Below, in pieces: positions 1-13,619 of a stretch of DNA of 64,000 bases. This stretch comes from Octopus sinensis. Its lineage: Eukaryota. A program made the translations under genes and the position numbers. Where the stretch lies: positions 138,632,001-138,696,000 of the forward strand of contig NC_042998.1 in assembly GCF_006345805.1 (NCBI RefSeq), in the 5' to 3' direction. The notes under the pieces are model-generated. The model was not told the origin of the DNA, searched no databases, and worked only from the letters and a program-made list of their open reading frames with translations. Positions within the stretch are counted from its first letter, which is position 1, and every line of letters begins with the position of its first letter.

Positions 1-412
1 GCCCACAGCACGGAGGCCAGTCGATGCGGTACTGGCTACGGCCATGTTCGGATGGTTTCTTGTGTGCCACGTGCCACCGGCACTGGTACCACAAGGATAC
101 AAATTCCATTGATGTTCATCTATTTTGTCTATTTGATTTGATTTGATTTTCACTTGCCTCAACAGGTCTTCACAAGTGTCACAAGAAGGAAGGTATGCAC
201 AGGTGGACTGACTACGTCCCTGGTAGGGGGGGGGGATGGTGTTTGTCATGTGCCCACCGCACTGACGGATTTCTTGTGTGCCACAGGCACTGGTACCACA
301 AGATACAAATTCCATTGATGTTCATCTATTTTGTCTATTTTGATTTGATTTGATTTTCACTTGCCTCAACCGATCTTCACAAGTGTCACAAGAAGGAAGG
401 TATGCACAGGTG
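1..412 (-). repeat. Tandemly duplicated fragment of an interspersed repeat (probable RTE-LINE 3' UTR derivative)
   Basis: Block GGCACTGGTACCACAA...GCACAGGTGGACT occurs at ~79-209 and ~286-416; related sequence recurs at ~25230-25570. Confidence 0.5.
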
Positions 413-529
413 GACTTGGAAAATGGCTGTATGGATTTTCACCAATTTAGACAGAAATTCTCATTGGGTGAGTGGCTGGAAATGATGAAAATTTGGCTTG
501 ATTATCTTCAAACATACATATATGTATGT

Positions 530-872
530 GTGTGTACAGTAATGGATTTGTAGAATTCATTTGTTTATGAATTGATTTCTTTAAATTTCACCGGAGTATA
601 AATACCTATAATGGTGAAACACTTCTCAAATTCAATGCAATATTTTCTATAAGTATTTCATTTTGTTCACTTTCTTTTTCATATGAATCGACCCTCATCC
701 GTGTATGTATAGATCAGGGTGTATCTATGCATGTAGACGCATGTGGGTGGTTGTATGCATAGATATGTGACTGTGTGTGTGTGTGTGTACAGTGATGAAT
801 TTGAGGGTTCCATTTATTTACGAGTTGATTTCTTAATTTCACCAGAGTATAAATATCTATAATGGTGATACT
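530..872. repeat. Diverged ~90-bp direct repeat pair
   Basis: GTGTGTACAGTRATG...AGTATAAATAYCTATAATGGTGA at ~530-620 and ~783-870. Confidence 0.6.
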
Positions 873-1286
873 TAAAAACAACATTCAGTTCAATTAGAAA
901 GCATGGGTAAGCCACACTATAATTTGTGAAAAATTTCTGTGCACAGGGTATGCGCCACCCCTCCAATGGCATTTTTTTTTTTTTTTTTCATTTCCTATTT
1001 GCTTACTCCTAGAAAGTTGCTGAATCTGCCTGAAATGTAATGGAAAAATAGGTTGGTTTCAAAACATTGATGTCCAGCTCACAAAAGCAATGTTTGAAGG
1101 AAATAGTTGTCATTTCCTTTGATTTCTAGATAGGAGGGAATAAGAAATAACACTTACTGACAAAAAACAAAATTAGAATTTTGTTACAGTGTAATAGTTT
1201 TACTGGGAAACACTGTGTGTATGTGGTAAAACCCAGATTATGTCCAAAATGTGACAGGACTTTCTTTCCAACCTAATAGAGATATA

Positions 1287-2398
1287 TGAGGGTTGGCTAA
1301 AAAGTTCATAGGCTGACCAAGATTCTCTCATGAAATGTGACCAAATGAGGTTTATTTTTCAACATAGTCATCCTTGCAGTCCATATATTTCATCCATCAG
1401 TGTTGTAGTACTTGGATCCCATTAGTGAAGAAATCTTTCATGCTGTTAGTCAAAAAAGTCATCAGCAGCAAATAGGATGTCTTCATTGCTGTGATACTTG
1501 TTCCCAACTTAGTTATTTTTCATGTTGGGGCAAAATCTGGAGAATCAGTTCAAAGCCACAGTCATGCGCAGAATCCATTGAAACTAAGGACTTGTGTGCT
1601 GGAACATTGTCCTCATGAATCAAGACCCCTTTCATAAGTTTTCCTGAGTGTTTGGTCTTGATAGCCTTTGAAAACTGCACTAGTAGTGGCCCTTTTGAAG
1701 ATAGTCAATAAATAATCCCTTTTGCAAACCAAAAAACAGGCCATCACCTTCCCTGCAAATGAAATGATCTTGGCTGTTTTTAGAGCTAGTGAGGGGTGTT
1801 TCCACCACATGTATTGTCTCAACCCGGTATTAGTGATGAATCCAACACTCATCCAGGTTAGAAAATGTTCAGGAAAACCAACTGGATCTGCTTCAAACAA
1901 TATCAGATTTTCCCATGATGTGATCAACCTGGTGTGCTTTTGATCAGGTGCTAGAAGACGTGGCACCCACCAAGCAGAAGCCATCGTCGTATCACGTTCA
2001 TTGTGCAGAATATTCTCAACTCTGTCACGGTATATGATAATAGCATTGTTTTCATTGGTTATGGCAGTTGCAAGACGTCCAGACCTTGGGTCATCTTCGA
2101 GACTCTCCCTTCCTCTCCTAAATTCAGCTCCTCACTTTTGCACTGTTGATAAAGCTTGAACAGAGCGAAATCCTTTTTCTGCAGATACCTGATAAACACC
2201 ACTATGGCAAATTTTGTCGGTTTTTTGTTTGTTTTTTCCCAAGAGAAGTCGCTATACTAGTTACTCTTGAAGTCTTCTTTGAACAATCATATGTCAGTTT
2301 TCTCGGAAAATGCAGTTATTAAGAAGCACTGAAATTAATACATGCAAGTTTTTACATTTCTAGCATAGCCAGTCTATGAACTTTTCAGCCTTCTCTCG
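1287..2398 (-). mobile_element. Decayed mariner (Tc1/mariner) transposon
   Basis: Imperfect TIRs TGAGGGTTGGCTAAAAAGTTCATAGGCTG / CAGTCTATGAACTTTTCAGCCTTCTCTCG flanked by TA; ORF 1613-1984 has the mariner WVPRLL linker motif; frameshifted. Confidence 0.9.
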
Positions 2399-2764
2399 TA
2401 ATATAATTTGAAGTTAAATAAAATGAAAGTAGTCTGCGCATACACAAATTCAAAACCTGTTTCGTTTAAAAACACCACCTATACTTGAGACGATCAATAA
2501 ATATTGACTATAAAAATAGATTTAAAAACACATTACTTTCAAGCTTTAAACATATATAGAATTACGAATGAAAATGTCAGTTATTGAATTTCATTGTATA
2601 TTTCGAAACATTTGATCCAACCCACTTTTCTTTCAAGTCTTTCAAAAAATTTTAGCACATCTAATGTAATATTAAATATTCGTTTTGTCTGTCTCGTAAA
2701 TTTTTTGAAAATTTTAATTGCTAAAAACTTAATCCAAGAAAAGGCTTAAAAAAAAAAAGAACAA

Positions 2765-3060
2765 GCAAATGTGTGGTTGTGCTGCTCGCTTTGCAACCAC
2801 ATGGTTTCGAATTCAGTCTCACTGCACGACACCTTGGACAAAATGCTTTCTGTGTGAATTATGTAGAAACTCGTCGTTTATCAAATGTCAGTGTTAGTGA
2901 CCCTCACGGGTGTTAGTTTATTTATGTCCCCGTATTTTAGCCTTTCAGCAAAACGATACAAAAATACCAAACTAAAATATGTATGTGGGCGACTTGTTCG
3001 ACTGAAGGCGATGTCCCAGCATGGCCGTAGTCCTAGGACTCAAACAAATAAAAGATATAA
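2765..3060 (+). mobile_element. tRNA-derived SINE family A, degenerate copy
   Basis: Head (..CAACCACATGGTTTCGAATTCAGTC..) and tail (..CCAGCATGGCCG..AAACAAATAAAAG) match the full copy at 35222-35640. Confidence 0.75.
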
Positions 3061-3489
3061 TGAATGTCCATTCATTCTACTAATAATATATGCTTGTCTA
3101 TCTACTTAAGAAGTCTTACAATGAATAAAGTATTATTTTTTTTAGGTCGGCATCAATGAGATAAATTACATAACAATGGGTTAAACATTACCTTAATAAT
3201 GTACTTTTATTTTCTCATTCCCTACTTAATAAAAAAAAAGAATTAAACTATTCGTGTACTTTTATTTTCTCTCCCTCCTACATAAAAAAAAAGAAAGAAG
3301 CCATTATCTGGTGCTCCAGTATGGCCACAGCCTCTGGCTGAAACTTATCAATGTACATTTATTTTCTCTCCCCACCACTTAAAAAAGCCCCCCCCCCCAA
3401 AAAAAAAGTACTGGGGTCGGATCACTAGACTAAAACTCTTTAACGCGGTACTCCAGCATGGCCTGAAACAAGTAGAAAATAAACAGAGA

Positions 3490-3730
3490 AAGATGTGTGT
3501 GCGTGTACAACGATCGTATTGAAAGTAAATAAACAATCTAGGTTATCTAAAATATTCACTGATGTCCTTGAGAGTTGTTTACGTTGGAAGAGACGGTGAA
3601 ATCTCTCTATCAGCCAGCACGCGTACACAGCGCGATTTCGTTCTGTTTCATAACCTGCTGAAAATCACTTATGATGTTCAACCTGGTTTCTCTTCACCTA
3701 TTCAGTAGCATGATTAGCAGGTTTACTACA
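3490..3730. promoter_or_regulatory. Possible CpG-retaining promoter / first-exon region
   Basis: Non-repetitive stretch with clustered CpG (GCACGCGTACACAGCGCGATTTCG) between CpG-poor flanks, followed by T-rich intron-like sequence. Inference only. Confidence 0.3.
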
Positions 3731-4049
3731 TTCTCTGTTGGAAGTTATTTTGAGTTTTTTTTTTTTGTTTGTCTGTTTAACCTATTAGTACCTTTTAAGC
3801 TGTTACTCTTTTCTTTTAGTTATTTTTTGTTGTTGCTTCTTTTTGTACTATAAAATTTAAAATGTTCAGCTTCTCATTCTGATTGGTGCAAACTAACTCT
3901 ATCAACATACATAGACACAAATATACACATCTACTTATACTACAGAGTAGCTAAATTGATTTCAGTACTAGCAACATTTTTTTCCTTCAACCTCTATCTG
4001 TAGTGATTAGTGCTACTCCCTGCAACTGATAGTCATATCTGATCAATGC

Positions 4050-4258
4050 GTGGGCGGCAAGCGGGCAAAACCGTTAGCACGTCCGACAAAATGCTTAGCA
4101 GCTTTCCTTACGTTGTGAGTTCACATATCACCGAAACCAACTTTACCGTTTGTCCTTTCGTGGTCAATAAAATGAATACCGGTTGAGCACTGGGGTCGAT
4201 GTAATCAACTTAACCCCTCTCCTAAAAATTGCTGACCCTGGTGCCAAAATTTGAAACT
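4050..4258 (+). mobile_element. SINE family B
   Basis: GGCGGCAAGC..GCAAAACCGTTAGCAC..AAATGCTTAGC..GAGTTCA..ACTGGGGTCGATGTAATC; other copies at ~29010-29230(-), 34250-34330(-), 51320-51480, 52080-52250, 54865-55060, 55190-55380(-), 55560-55740(-), 62450-62520(-). Confidence 0.8.
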
Positions 4259-5090
4259 ACATATGATCAATACTAGAGTTTCTATTTTTTTACTTTGATT
4301 CTCATCACATTTTTCTTTTGTCAAGGGAGTAGGCAGTGCCTGTACAGTAGCGTATCTGGTGGTACAGACTGCCCTAGCTGTATAGGCTGGGAGTGGTGGG
4401 GCGTAACCTCACGTGCAGCCCCAAGTAGTACACACTCTAGCTACGTCACAGCACTTGTGACCTGTTACAGGCGTCTGAGACTCGTGAGTGAAGGGAATGA
4501 AGAAGGTATCCCCAAGCCAGAAGCCTCTCCTCAATGCTTGCACCAGAGTAATCTTTGCCTAAGGCCCCCAAGGTGTCAAGTGATGGAAGCTGGTGCTACA
4601 GCTGGCGATAGTTTAAGTTTCCTACCTGAGTAGACAATAGCTGGATTTTAATTTAGAATGTGGGAGAAATATGATACATCTGGTCTGACATTCTTACAGT
4701 TCTGCTAATCCACCAGCTTTGATGAGTACCTTTTTATTGACCCCTCTCCTCTCCACAAAGTTGACCATGGCAAGGCAGCAAGCAGTCTTTGCACTCTAAT
4801 GAACATTTGCCAATTTGTTTAAACCTGACAGCATTTGAAATGTTTTCTTTACAGGTACTTATTTGTCTATTGACTTCGTACTCTGACAAATGTTCATAAG
4901 ATTAGGACATATGCCTTGATTCAATGTTAAAACATTTTTTTTTTCTAATCTGATATTAGAAACTAGGTGCAGGTGTGGAAGTGTTGATAAGTAGCTTGCT
5001 TTCCTACCATGTGGTCTCAGGTCAATTCCACTGTATGGCACTTTAGGCAAGTGTCTGCTACTATAGCTTCAGGCCAATCAAAGTTTAGTG

Positions 5091-7676
5091 CAGTGGTTCC
5101 CAAACCATGCGCCTTTGTGCACTGCAAGATATAATTAGGTGCACCTCGAAAAAGTAAGATTATATTCCAAAATATGAAAAATACAAACTGAAATTCACAA
5201 GAAAGTTCATATGTCAAAGTGGCAAAAAAACTGAATACTAAGTTCTAAACTAAGAATGAGAGGTGGTTGTGTTATTTAATTTTGAATCTGAAATTTCCTA
5301 GGGATAAGAACTAAATTAGCATCAATCTATCCTCGAAATTGATGTCTTATGAACATAGTGAGTGCACGACTGTTTCAGTTTATTTCGGTTTGTAGTCTTA
5401 GCAGTTTTCATCTCAGTAATGAATGTGAAAAATAAACTATTGAACTAAAATATATGATGTTGAACTAAATCTTTAATACATTCTTATGTATTGTGGCTGT
5501 ATTTCAATTTTTTCATTCATATAGTGGTGGAAATTTTCATCTTTTCAATTAATTTTGAAAGACTTCTCAAAAGAGTCTGATAATATATGACTCACTGCCA
5601 TTTTTCACAGCTCACTGGTCACTTGTCTCAGTTTGACTCTGTTGGTAATCTGTGCTCTTTGTGCAAGACAATTCATATTAACAGACTAAATTAGCCATAG
5701 AATGGAAAAGTTTAGTAAGAGGAAATATAACCATGTTTATGAATCTGAAACTGAACATTCGTCAAAAGCAACTAAGCATAGTGATAATAACGCGAAAGCT
5801 CAACCCAATCGTAAATATTGCAATAGCTATTTAAAATTTGGGTTTCATTGAACTGGCAACAAGAACCAACCTCTTTTGCTGTGGTGTTTGTGGTGAAAAG
5901 ATGTCTAATGACAACATGTTGAAAAGACATTTTACAACCAAACACTCACATCTTCAATGTAAAGATCCAAATTATTTCCAAAGACAGCTAGAACAGCAAT
6001 CTAAACAAAAACTATTTTGAAAAAAGGATGAATGCTTCTGAAAAGGCTCAAGTTGCATCTATTGAGATAGCCGAAATGATTGCACTACAAATGAAATCGC
6101 ATACTTTAGCCGAGTCAATTATCTTACCCACTTGTAGAAAGATGGTGATGAAGCCGAGCAAGAAATAAGCAAGATTCCATTCTCAAATAATATAATTCAT
6201 AGGAAAATTATGGATTTATCTGCTGATATAGAGGAAAATGTACAGAACAAACTTCAGAACTCAGAATTTGCTCTACAGGTTGACGAATTAACTGGTATTA
6301 GCAACAAAGTACAATTACTTACATTTATTCGCTTTATTGATGGTAACTAAATCATAAATCCATTCTTTTGTTGTGAAGAAATGCCACTCATATTTTTGCC
6401 ATTTATCTGCCTACCTCGAAAAATGGAATTTATCCTGGAATTCATGTGTTGGAATATGTACCAATGGGGCACCATCTATGATAGGCTCTATTAAAGGTTT
6501 TGTATCTCTTGTACAACAGCAAAATCCTAATGTTATACATACTCATTGCTTCCTACATAGGGAGGTACTAGTTTCAAAAACAATACCTGTTGAGTTAAAA
6601 CAAGTATGAAACCAAGTTGTTGAAATGGTTAATTATATTAAAAGTAGGCCATTGAAGTGTTGCTTATTTGAACAAATTTGTGTTGATATGGATTCCCAAC
6701 ACATGCATTTACTTTTACACACAAATGTCAGATGGCTTTCAAAAGGTAAGGTGCTACATCGCAAATATGAACTCCAGAAGGAATTGCATGCATTTTTTAA
6801 AGAAGAAAATATGACTGCTTTTTGGAATATCTACAATGTTAATTTTGGGTTTCCAAGCTGGAATATTTAACAGAGATATTTGCACAACTTAATAGCGTCA
6901 ACACAAGTATGCAAGGTAGAGATGGAAACATTTTTAAAAAATGTAATTTGGAAAAATAGAGCTGAAGGTGGTAACTTTGAAATGTTTCCCTTAATACATA
7001 AAAGCTGCATAAAAGAAATGATTCCTATTGTATTTGAACATTTGACAAATCTGGAGGAAAACATAAACTTTTATTTTTCATCATTGAACACAGAAAGAGT
7101 ATGATTAGGTTTGAATCCCTTCATAAAATTCCATCTAATATGGGTCTGAAAATTTGTGAAGAAGAGGGAATTTACATCTATATCCAGTGATCATGGACTT
7201 AAAATCAAGTATGCTGAGTTATCTATTAATATATCTTGGATTGCTATTATAGGAAAATATCACTCAGTAGCAAAAAAAGCTTTATCTGTTTTGGGGCAGT
7301 TTTCCACATCATATTTATGTGAGTTGGGATTTTCAACCCTCAATAACATCAAATCCAAAAAAAGAGAGAAGCTCCGTTGTATCGAAGAAGAAATGATGGT
7401 TTGTCTTTCTCAAATACGCCCCAATATTGAAAACGTTTCCAAAAAACATCAAGCACATGTTTCTCATTGATAACTTTGCTTTGAATATTGAATAAAGAGT
7501 AAGTACATGCAATTTTTCTGTATTTTTAATTATCTATTTAATATTTTACAGTTTATGCTATGCTAATATGTATAAAACTCCTTTTGAATAAATTTTAGAA
7601 TTAATGTACAAAGTGCGCCAAAATATTTTAACAACTTGTAAGGTGTGCCATGAATAAAAAAGTTTGGGGACCACTG
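5091..7676 (+). mobile_element. Decayed hAT transposon (Charlie/Buster; ZBED8/SCAND3-like transposase) inserted in a family-A SINE
   Basis: TIRs CAGTGGTTCCCAAAC / GTTTGGGGACCACTG; imperfect 8-bp TSD GTTTAGTG/GCATAGTG; BED finger remnant (C..CGE..LKRH..TKH), CTNGAPSM, HCFLHRE, VRWLSKG and FSTSYLCELGFS motifs in broken ORFs 5701-7470; SINE halves at ~4965-5090 and 7677-7730. Confidence 0.95.
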
Positions 7677-7739
7677 GCATAGTGAATGGATTTGGTAACT
7701 GAAAGAAGCCTGTTGTGTGTGTGTGTGTGATGTAGTGAG

Positions 7740-8272
7740 ATGTGGGCCCTGAATGCAGAGGAATGTAAAGGCTAGAGAGGAATGAAGCTGGTGGTATATA
7801 TTCTACTGAATGTGCAATGACAGTGCTAGTGTGCTGAGAGAAAAGTTAGGCACAAGAGGAATTAGATGCAGTGTGCAAGAGAGAAGACTGTGATATGATG
7901 CATATGGATGTAGACAGTTGTGTATAGAAGCACCAATCACTTAAAGCAGATGGAAGGAGATCCAGGAAGACATGGGACGAAGTGCTGAAGACTAATCTCA
8001 AGACACTGAGCCTTACAAAGGAGGGCCAAGACATCTGGTGCCTTGCTGTATTCAAGAAGACCTCCCCACCAAGGCAGAATTGATACTAGTGCTAGTACCA
8101 TGTAAAAAGTACCCAATACACTCTGTATGGAGGTTGGTGTTAGGAAGGGTATCCAGCTGTAGAACCATGCCAGAACAGACAATGGAGCTTGGTGCCATCT
8201 CCAGCCTTACCGGCACCTATCAAACCATCCAACCCATGCCAGCTTGGAAAACAGACAGTAAATGATGATAAT
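7740..8272 (+). mobile_element. 3' fragment of RTE-type LINE with 3' UTR
   Basis: Translates to GRSRKTWDEVLK..L..LSLTKE..W (RTE ORF2 C-terminus) then tail ..CCAACCCATGCCAGC..AAATGATGA; tail also at ~9000-9190. Confidence 0.65.
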
Positions 8273-10504
8273 TATGTGTGTGTGCGTGTGTTGATCTGGA
8301 CATCATGAGATGGTTGTAAATAAGCATGATGTTTTGTTTACAATCTTCTGAGTAAAACATATCTGGCCATGGGAAAATATTACTTTACAAGTGTGGGTTG
8401 GCACAGGCAAGATTGTAAACAGGCAAGACATCCTGGGATGTCTTGCCTGTTTACAATCTTCTGAGTAAAACATTACAAGTGTGGGTTGGCACAGGCAAGA
8501 TTGTAAATATATCTGGCCATGGGAAAATATTACTTTACAAGTGTGGGTTGGCAACAGGCAAGACATCCAAGCATAGAAAATTCACCCTAACAAATTTTCT
8601 TTCACTCGTGTAATATTAAATGATGATACTAGAAAAAAGCTCCCCCCCACCAAAAAAAAACTACTGAATCAACATCAAACTGCCAAATTCTTGTATGAGT
8701 TTTTATCAGAGAAAAACAAGATTTATAAAGAGAATAAATGGAATGTGATATTTACTATCACTAAACTTTTTATACAAATCCTTTTGAGGCTGTTTTATAG
8801 CCTATTACACAAAATGTTTACTTTTGTAGTGTTTATATTTAAGTTACAACTGTCATTTTTATATACCAAACACCAGTTAAAGTATTGAGGCTAAAGTACG
8901 GTAGAGGGATAGCACTGTCTATTCTTGTCTCTGTATCATACTTTAGCCTCATCACCTGGCATAAAGCCCCCTCCTACATTATTGCTCCACCCCCAGTTGA
9001 GGGATCTTGCCTTGCAAGTTACTTGGTGACGTAAAAAGTACTCAATACACTCAGTAAAGTGGTTGGCATCTAGCCATAGAAACCATACCAAAACAGACAT
9101 TGGGGTTTGATGCAAACCTCTAGCTCACCAGCTCCTGTCAAATCATCTAACCCATGCCAGCATAGAAAATCGATATTAAATGATGGTGTTAGTTATTTTA
9201 ATCAATGCAACTGAATTCTTGATTAATTTCAAAATAAATAGAAACTTATGTTGAATAAGGGTCAAAGGCACCAAATAAAATGTCTCCAGCTAGGAATTAA
9301 AACCAATAACAAGCTGTGCCAACTGTGAATCTACTTATACAACTAAGCACTCAGTACAAAGTCCACCAGTATATTATTTGCAGATTTAGTCTAAAATTCA
9401 TTTTCAAACTTCAGCTAGCACTATACTGAATACTTTTTAAATGTTGATCCTTATTTATCTTCTACCAGGAAAATTGCAAGGCTATAGTAGAAGACACTTG
9501 CCCAAGGTGTCATACAGTGGGACTGAACCTGGGACCATGTGGTTGGGAAGCTAGCTTCTTACCACACAGCTATGCCTGTGTCTATATTTATATATATATG
9601 CGTGTGTTTGTGTGTATGTGTGTGTCTGGACATGAATGTGATAGTTGTAAATGAGTGTTACTGTCATACAAGCAGTGTATCCATTTCCAATATTCTGTGA
9701 AAAACATTTCTGGCCATGGGGAAATATTACCCTGCTTGGAAACTGGAAGGGCATTCAGAAGTAGAAAGTCTGCTTCACTAAACTCTTTCTGACCCATGCA
9801 AGCATAGTAAAGTGGGTATAAACAGCAATGATGATGATAAAGTTGTGAAATTTGTGAGATATTTTTCATTCTTTGCACTAAAGACTGCTTAGCTAAAAGT
9901 TCATGGTTGGTTTCAGAAATTCTTATTGCTGTTGTGGAATGTCTGTAATGTTAATTCCTAAACACTTGTGCATCTCTTTGGAATGCAAGCCTAGTAATTA
10001 ATATTTATTTTTAGTCTAGCTGAGATTAATTTGGCTGCTGGCTGTATGACTAATTTTCATCATTAGTTTAGCTTTTTTTTATTAGGTTTTTTCCCTTCCA
10101 ATTAATTTTTTAATTTCTCTCCTAAAGGTTATTGTTAATCATAGCCAACTTTAAATGGTCACAGAGGGGTGAAGGAATGAGAGATTAACAAGGAGCTTGA
10201 CAAGCTCTTTGTTTTCTATAGACACTGTATATAAATAGATTGTCTTCTTTCTGTATGTGTACACTAAAAGAAAACAGGCAATTATAATCATTAGTTTGGC
10301 TACTTCTTGGATGAAACTATTAGAAGATAAAGGGAGAGTGGATTGGTAAACTGCACCTTTGCCATACAATAATCAAACACCCAGAACAACACCTCAAGAC
10401 ATTCTAAAAGCTTTTGCACTGAATACTGGGTCAGTTATTCCCAACATATTTTTCTACAAGCAGTTTCATCAATGCTCTGCATTGTTCTCAAACTGTTATC
10501 ATGT

Positions 10505-10790
10505 TTTGAGGCACAGCCAATAGGCACAGATCTGATTATATGGTTGAAAAGCTAGCTTCCAAACTGTGTGGCCTTTGGTTCTGTTTCACTGCACAGCTCC
10601 TTGATCAGGAGTGTTCAACTGTAGCCCCAGGCCAGCCAAAACCTTGGTTTGAGGCACAGCCAATAGGCACAGATCTGATTATATGGTTGAAAAGCTAGCT
10701 TCCAAACTATGTGGCCTTTGGTTCAGTTTCACTGCACAGCTCCTTGATCAGGAGTGTTCAACTGTAGCCCCAGGCCAGCCAAAACCTTGG
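10505..10790 (+). repeat. Near-perfect 143-bp tandem duplication of a SINE head plus flank
   Basis: TTTGAGGCACAGCC...AAAACCTTGG at 10505-10647 and 10648-10790. Confidence 0.9.
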
Positions 10791-10859
10791 TAAGTGGATT
10801 TGGTTGTCAGAGACTGAGAGAAGCCTGTTTTGTGTGTGTATATATATAGTTCAGATTTA

Positions 10860-12110
10860 TAGAAAGACAAAGACAAATGTAGGAACAACAAGCAAATGTA
10901 TTAGTTTGATGCTTGGGAAAAATGGAAAAGTCTTACATTTCAAGCCTATGCTCTTTGACAGAAAGGAATAAGAGGAAATAAATAGAGATTGAAAAAACAT
11001 GTGTTGAGTTCAGTGTTCCAACATGGTAGATGATTGGAAAAAAAGGTTAAATGGAAGGGAGATAATAAAGAAGAGAGGTTGAATGAAGGGGAGTTAATTC
11101 ATGGTGATCCCAACAGGAGGAGGTGCACAAGCATGTGTGTGTAAGTGTATGTGTGAATGCAGGTGAATGAGTTTCATGTGTGTTGTGTGTAGCAGTTTAT
11201 GTGTAATTTTACACATGGTGTGCACATATGTGCATGTGTCACTGTGACCAAATAGTGTGCATGTGTATAGTGTATGTATGTGGTTGAAAGTTATCATTTG
11301 TCTATATGCGTTGCATGTGTTCATGCGTGTTGTGTATGTGTATATATTGTCTGTGTTCAGGTATTATGTGCTTGTGTGGGTGTAGGATTGTGCATGATGG
11401 TATGTGATGTGTGTACTGAGTTAAACAGTGTGTGACTGCTCATATAATGGTATGTGTTGTGACACTATTGAAAAATTGTGTGTGTGGATACTGAGAGGTG
11501 TGTATGGAGTGAGAAGGTGTGGGTGTGTAATGGTGAAGTGAGTGATGAATTGAACAGTGTGTATGCATGTGTGTATAGTGGTGCATGTGGGTGAGGGTAC
11601 TAAGGTGGGTGGTAAGCAGGTATATAGGTGGAGGGTGTGGGAGGTGAATGGGAATCCATGTGGATCAGTGCCAAATATAGAGAAGAGGTGAGGTTGGTGT
11701 CAGATGAAGGGAGGAGGTGAGTTGAGCCCATATGGGGCAAAAGTATAAAGACAGAAGATTAATTTCTGTTCACAGCAAAGGTGGAAGTAGGGGTGACCCC
11801 TTTACAGAGACAGTCCGAACACTGACAGATGTTGTAGCGAATGACCGGTAGAGCGTAAATGGTGCAAGACCAGGGTGTCATTATATAGTCAATAAAAAAA
11901 AGCATAGAGAAAAAGAAAATGAAAAACAAATGAACGTGTGGACATAGCAGAAGCAATGTATTAATAGAGTGCTCAGAGAAGAAAAAGAGTAGTAGCTTTA
12001 CGTTTCGAGCATAGCTCTTCTTTGGAAACAGGAAAAACAGGACAGTCCAAGATAAAGGAGGAAAAGCATTGCCAACAATCAAGTGTGGTTACATTTTTGA
12101 AGTGATCGAA
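10860..12110 (-). mobile_element. Truncated Penelope-like element relic with direct pLTR-like repeats
   Basis: Minus strand ~11720-11772 reads EQKLIFCLYTFAPYGLN (PLE GIY-YIG C-terminal motif); related ends at ~10890-10975 and ~11950-12035 each carry a decayed hammerhead motif. Confidence 0.7.
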
Positions 12111-13151
12111 GTAGAAGGAATGATATGTATATGTAAAACAGTTATTTGCGAGGGATTATCAATCTGGGCAAAATTATAAGCTCTCTGTTAGTACATCAGG
12201 CTAACAGTATTGTTTAAATTAGTAAAGAACTCCATGTATTCTTGTGGCAGGGTCCAAGGTTATAGTTCACCATTCTATATTGTAAATCCATGGTTGTGTT
12301 CCAGTTATACAAGTTTTTACATAGAGTGATATACGCCTCCCCTCGGATTAATAAGTATCATGAATTTATAAACTTTTAAGAGAGCATGAAATAATTGTAT
12401 TTTGAAACTGGATCTTGAAGTTAAAGCACTTAAATGAAATGTGTGTATATACACATATAGAAAAAAAATTGAAAATGTGCTGGTTGTCTTTTAGATGGTG
12501 TATTTTTAAATACTTAACCAATCTCTCAGATTTTTCTGATTTTCAAAAGTTGAGTGATATAGAAAGATATGGTGCTATGCCATAACTGTCTTGCTTCTGA
12601 CTGTAGTTAAAAAATTCTCTTGTTTCTTTATGGAGGGAACATGGCTCCTATTAGTATCTATTTAGGATACAATTTGATTGACAAAGGATAATCATGTGAT
12701 TAAGCTTAGAAGTTTTTAGAAGTTTCCTGCTTTGTCTTTGTGTTAATGCTAACATAACTGAGTGATCATGTCTTGTGACAGTCTTGCTTGACTGGAAAAA
12801 TCCTGTGAAACTGATTAAACCTTTAAAAATAAACCATTTAAAAGACTTGGAATACATCTTCAACTTCTTTTTTCTATATTTCTACCTATGTAGAACAGAA
12901 TAACTTTCTATTCTATACACGCACATATGCACACACAAATACATGTGTGTATATATATATATATATATACACACACATATATATATGTAGTAATAATAAT
13001 AATAAAAATAATAATAATCATCCATGGATGGAATTTATATATATTTTAATGCATTGCTATGCACATTTCCACAAATTACATGTTTCTTAAGATCATAGTG
13101 ATTTGTGGAAATACACACAGCAATGAATTACAATATATATTTCATCTATGG

Positions 13152-13223
13152 ATTATTATTATTATTATTATTATTATTATCATTATCATCATTATTGTTG
13201 TTACTACTACTACTACTACCACC

Positions 13224-13261
<38 letters not shown>

Positions 13262-13287
13262 CACTACCACCACCACTACTACTACTA

Positions 13288-13347
<60 letters not shown>

Positions 13348-13348
13348 T
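13152..13348. repeat. Compound trinucleotide microsatellite (ATT/CAT/ACT/ACC)n
   Basis: Directly visible; source of poly-T/L/Y ORFs. Confidence 0.95.
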
Positions 13349-13498
13349 TTTTATCCTACATTTTTATATCGGCACAGTTTGGTGCAACCCTACCCAAAAA
13401 ACTGTTATTGCTAGTTGGTATCATTAGGCTGTAACTAGCATAATAAAATAGGAGCTTTTATATGCATATTCAAAACATTTTCCATAAATGAACTTAAA

Positions 13499-13538
<40 letters not shown>

Positions 13539-13540
13539 CA

Positions 13541-13572
<32 letters not shown>

Positions 13573-13619
13573 TGCAATATATATAGACATAGATGTATTG
13601 TGAATAGAAAATCACTATG

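Noticed and set aside
5838-7470. Domesticated ZBED/SCAND3-like host gene
   Set aside because: Multiple stops and frameshifts with TIRs still present; dead transposon.
13059-13434. Poly-T/L/Y/H ORFs
   Set aside because: Translations of a trinucleotide microsatellite.
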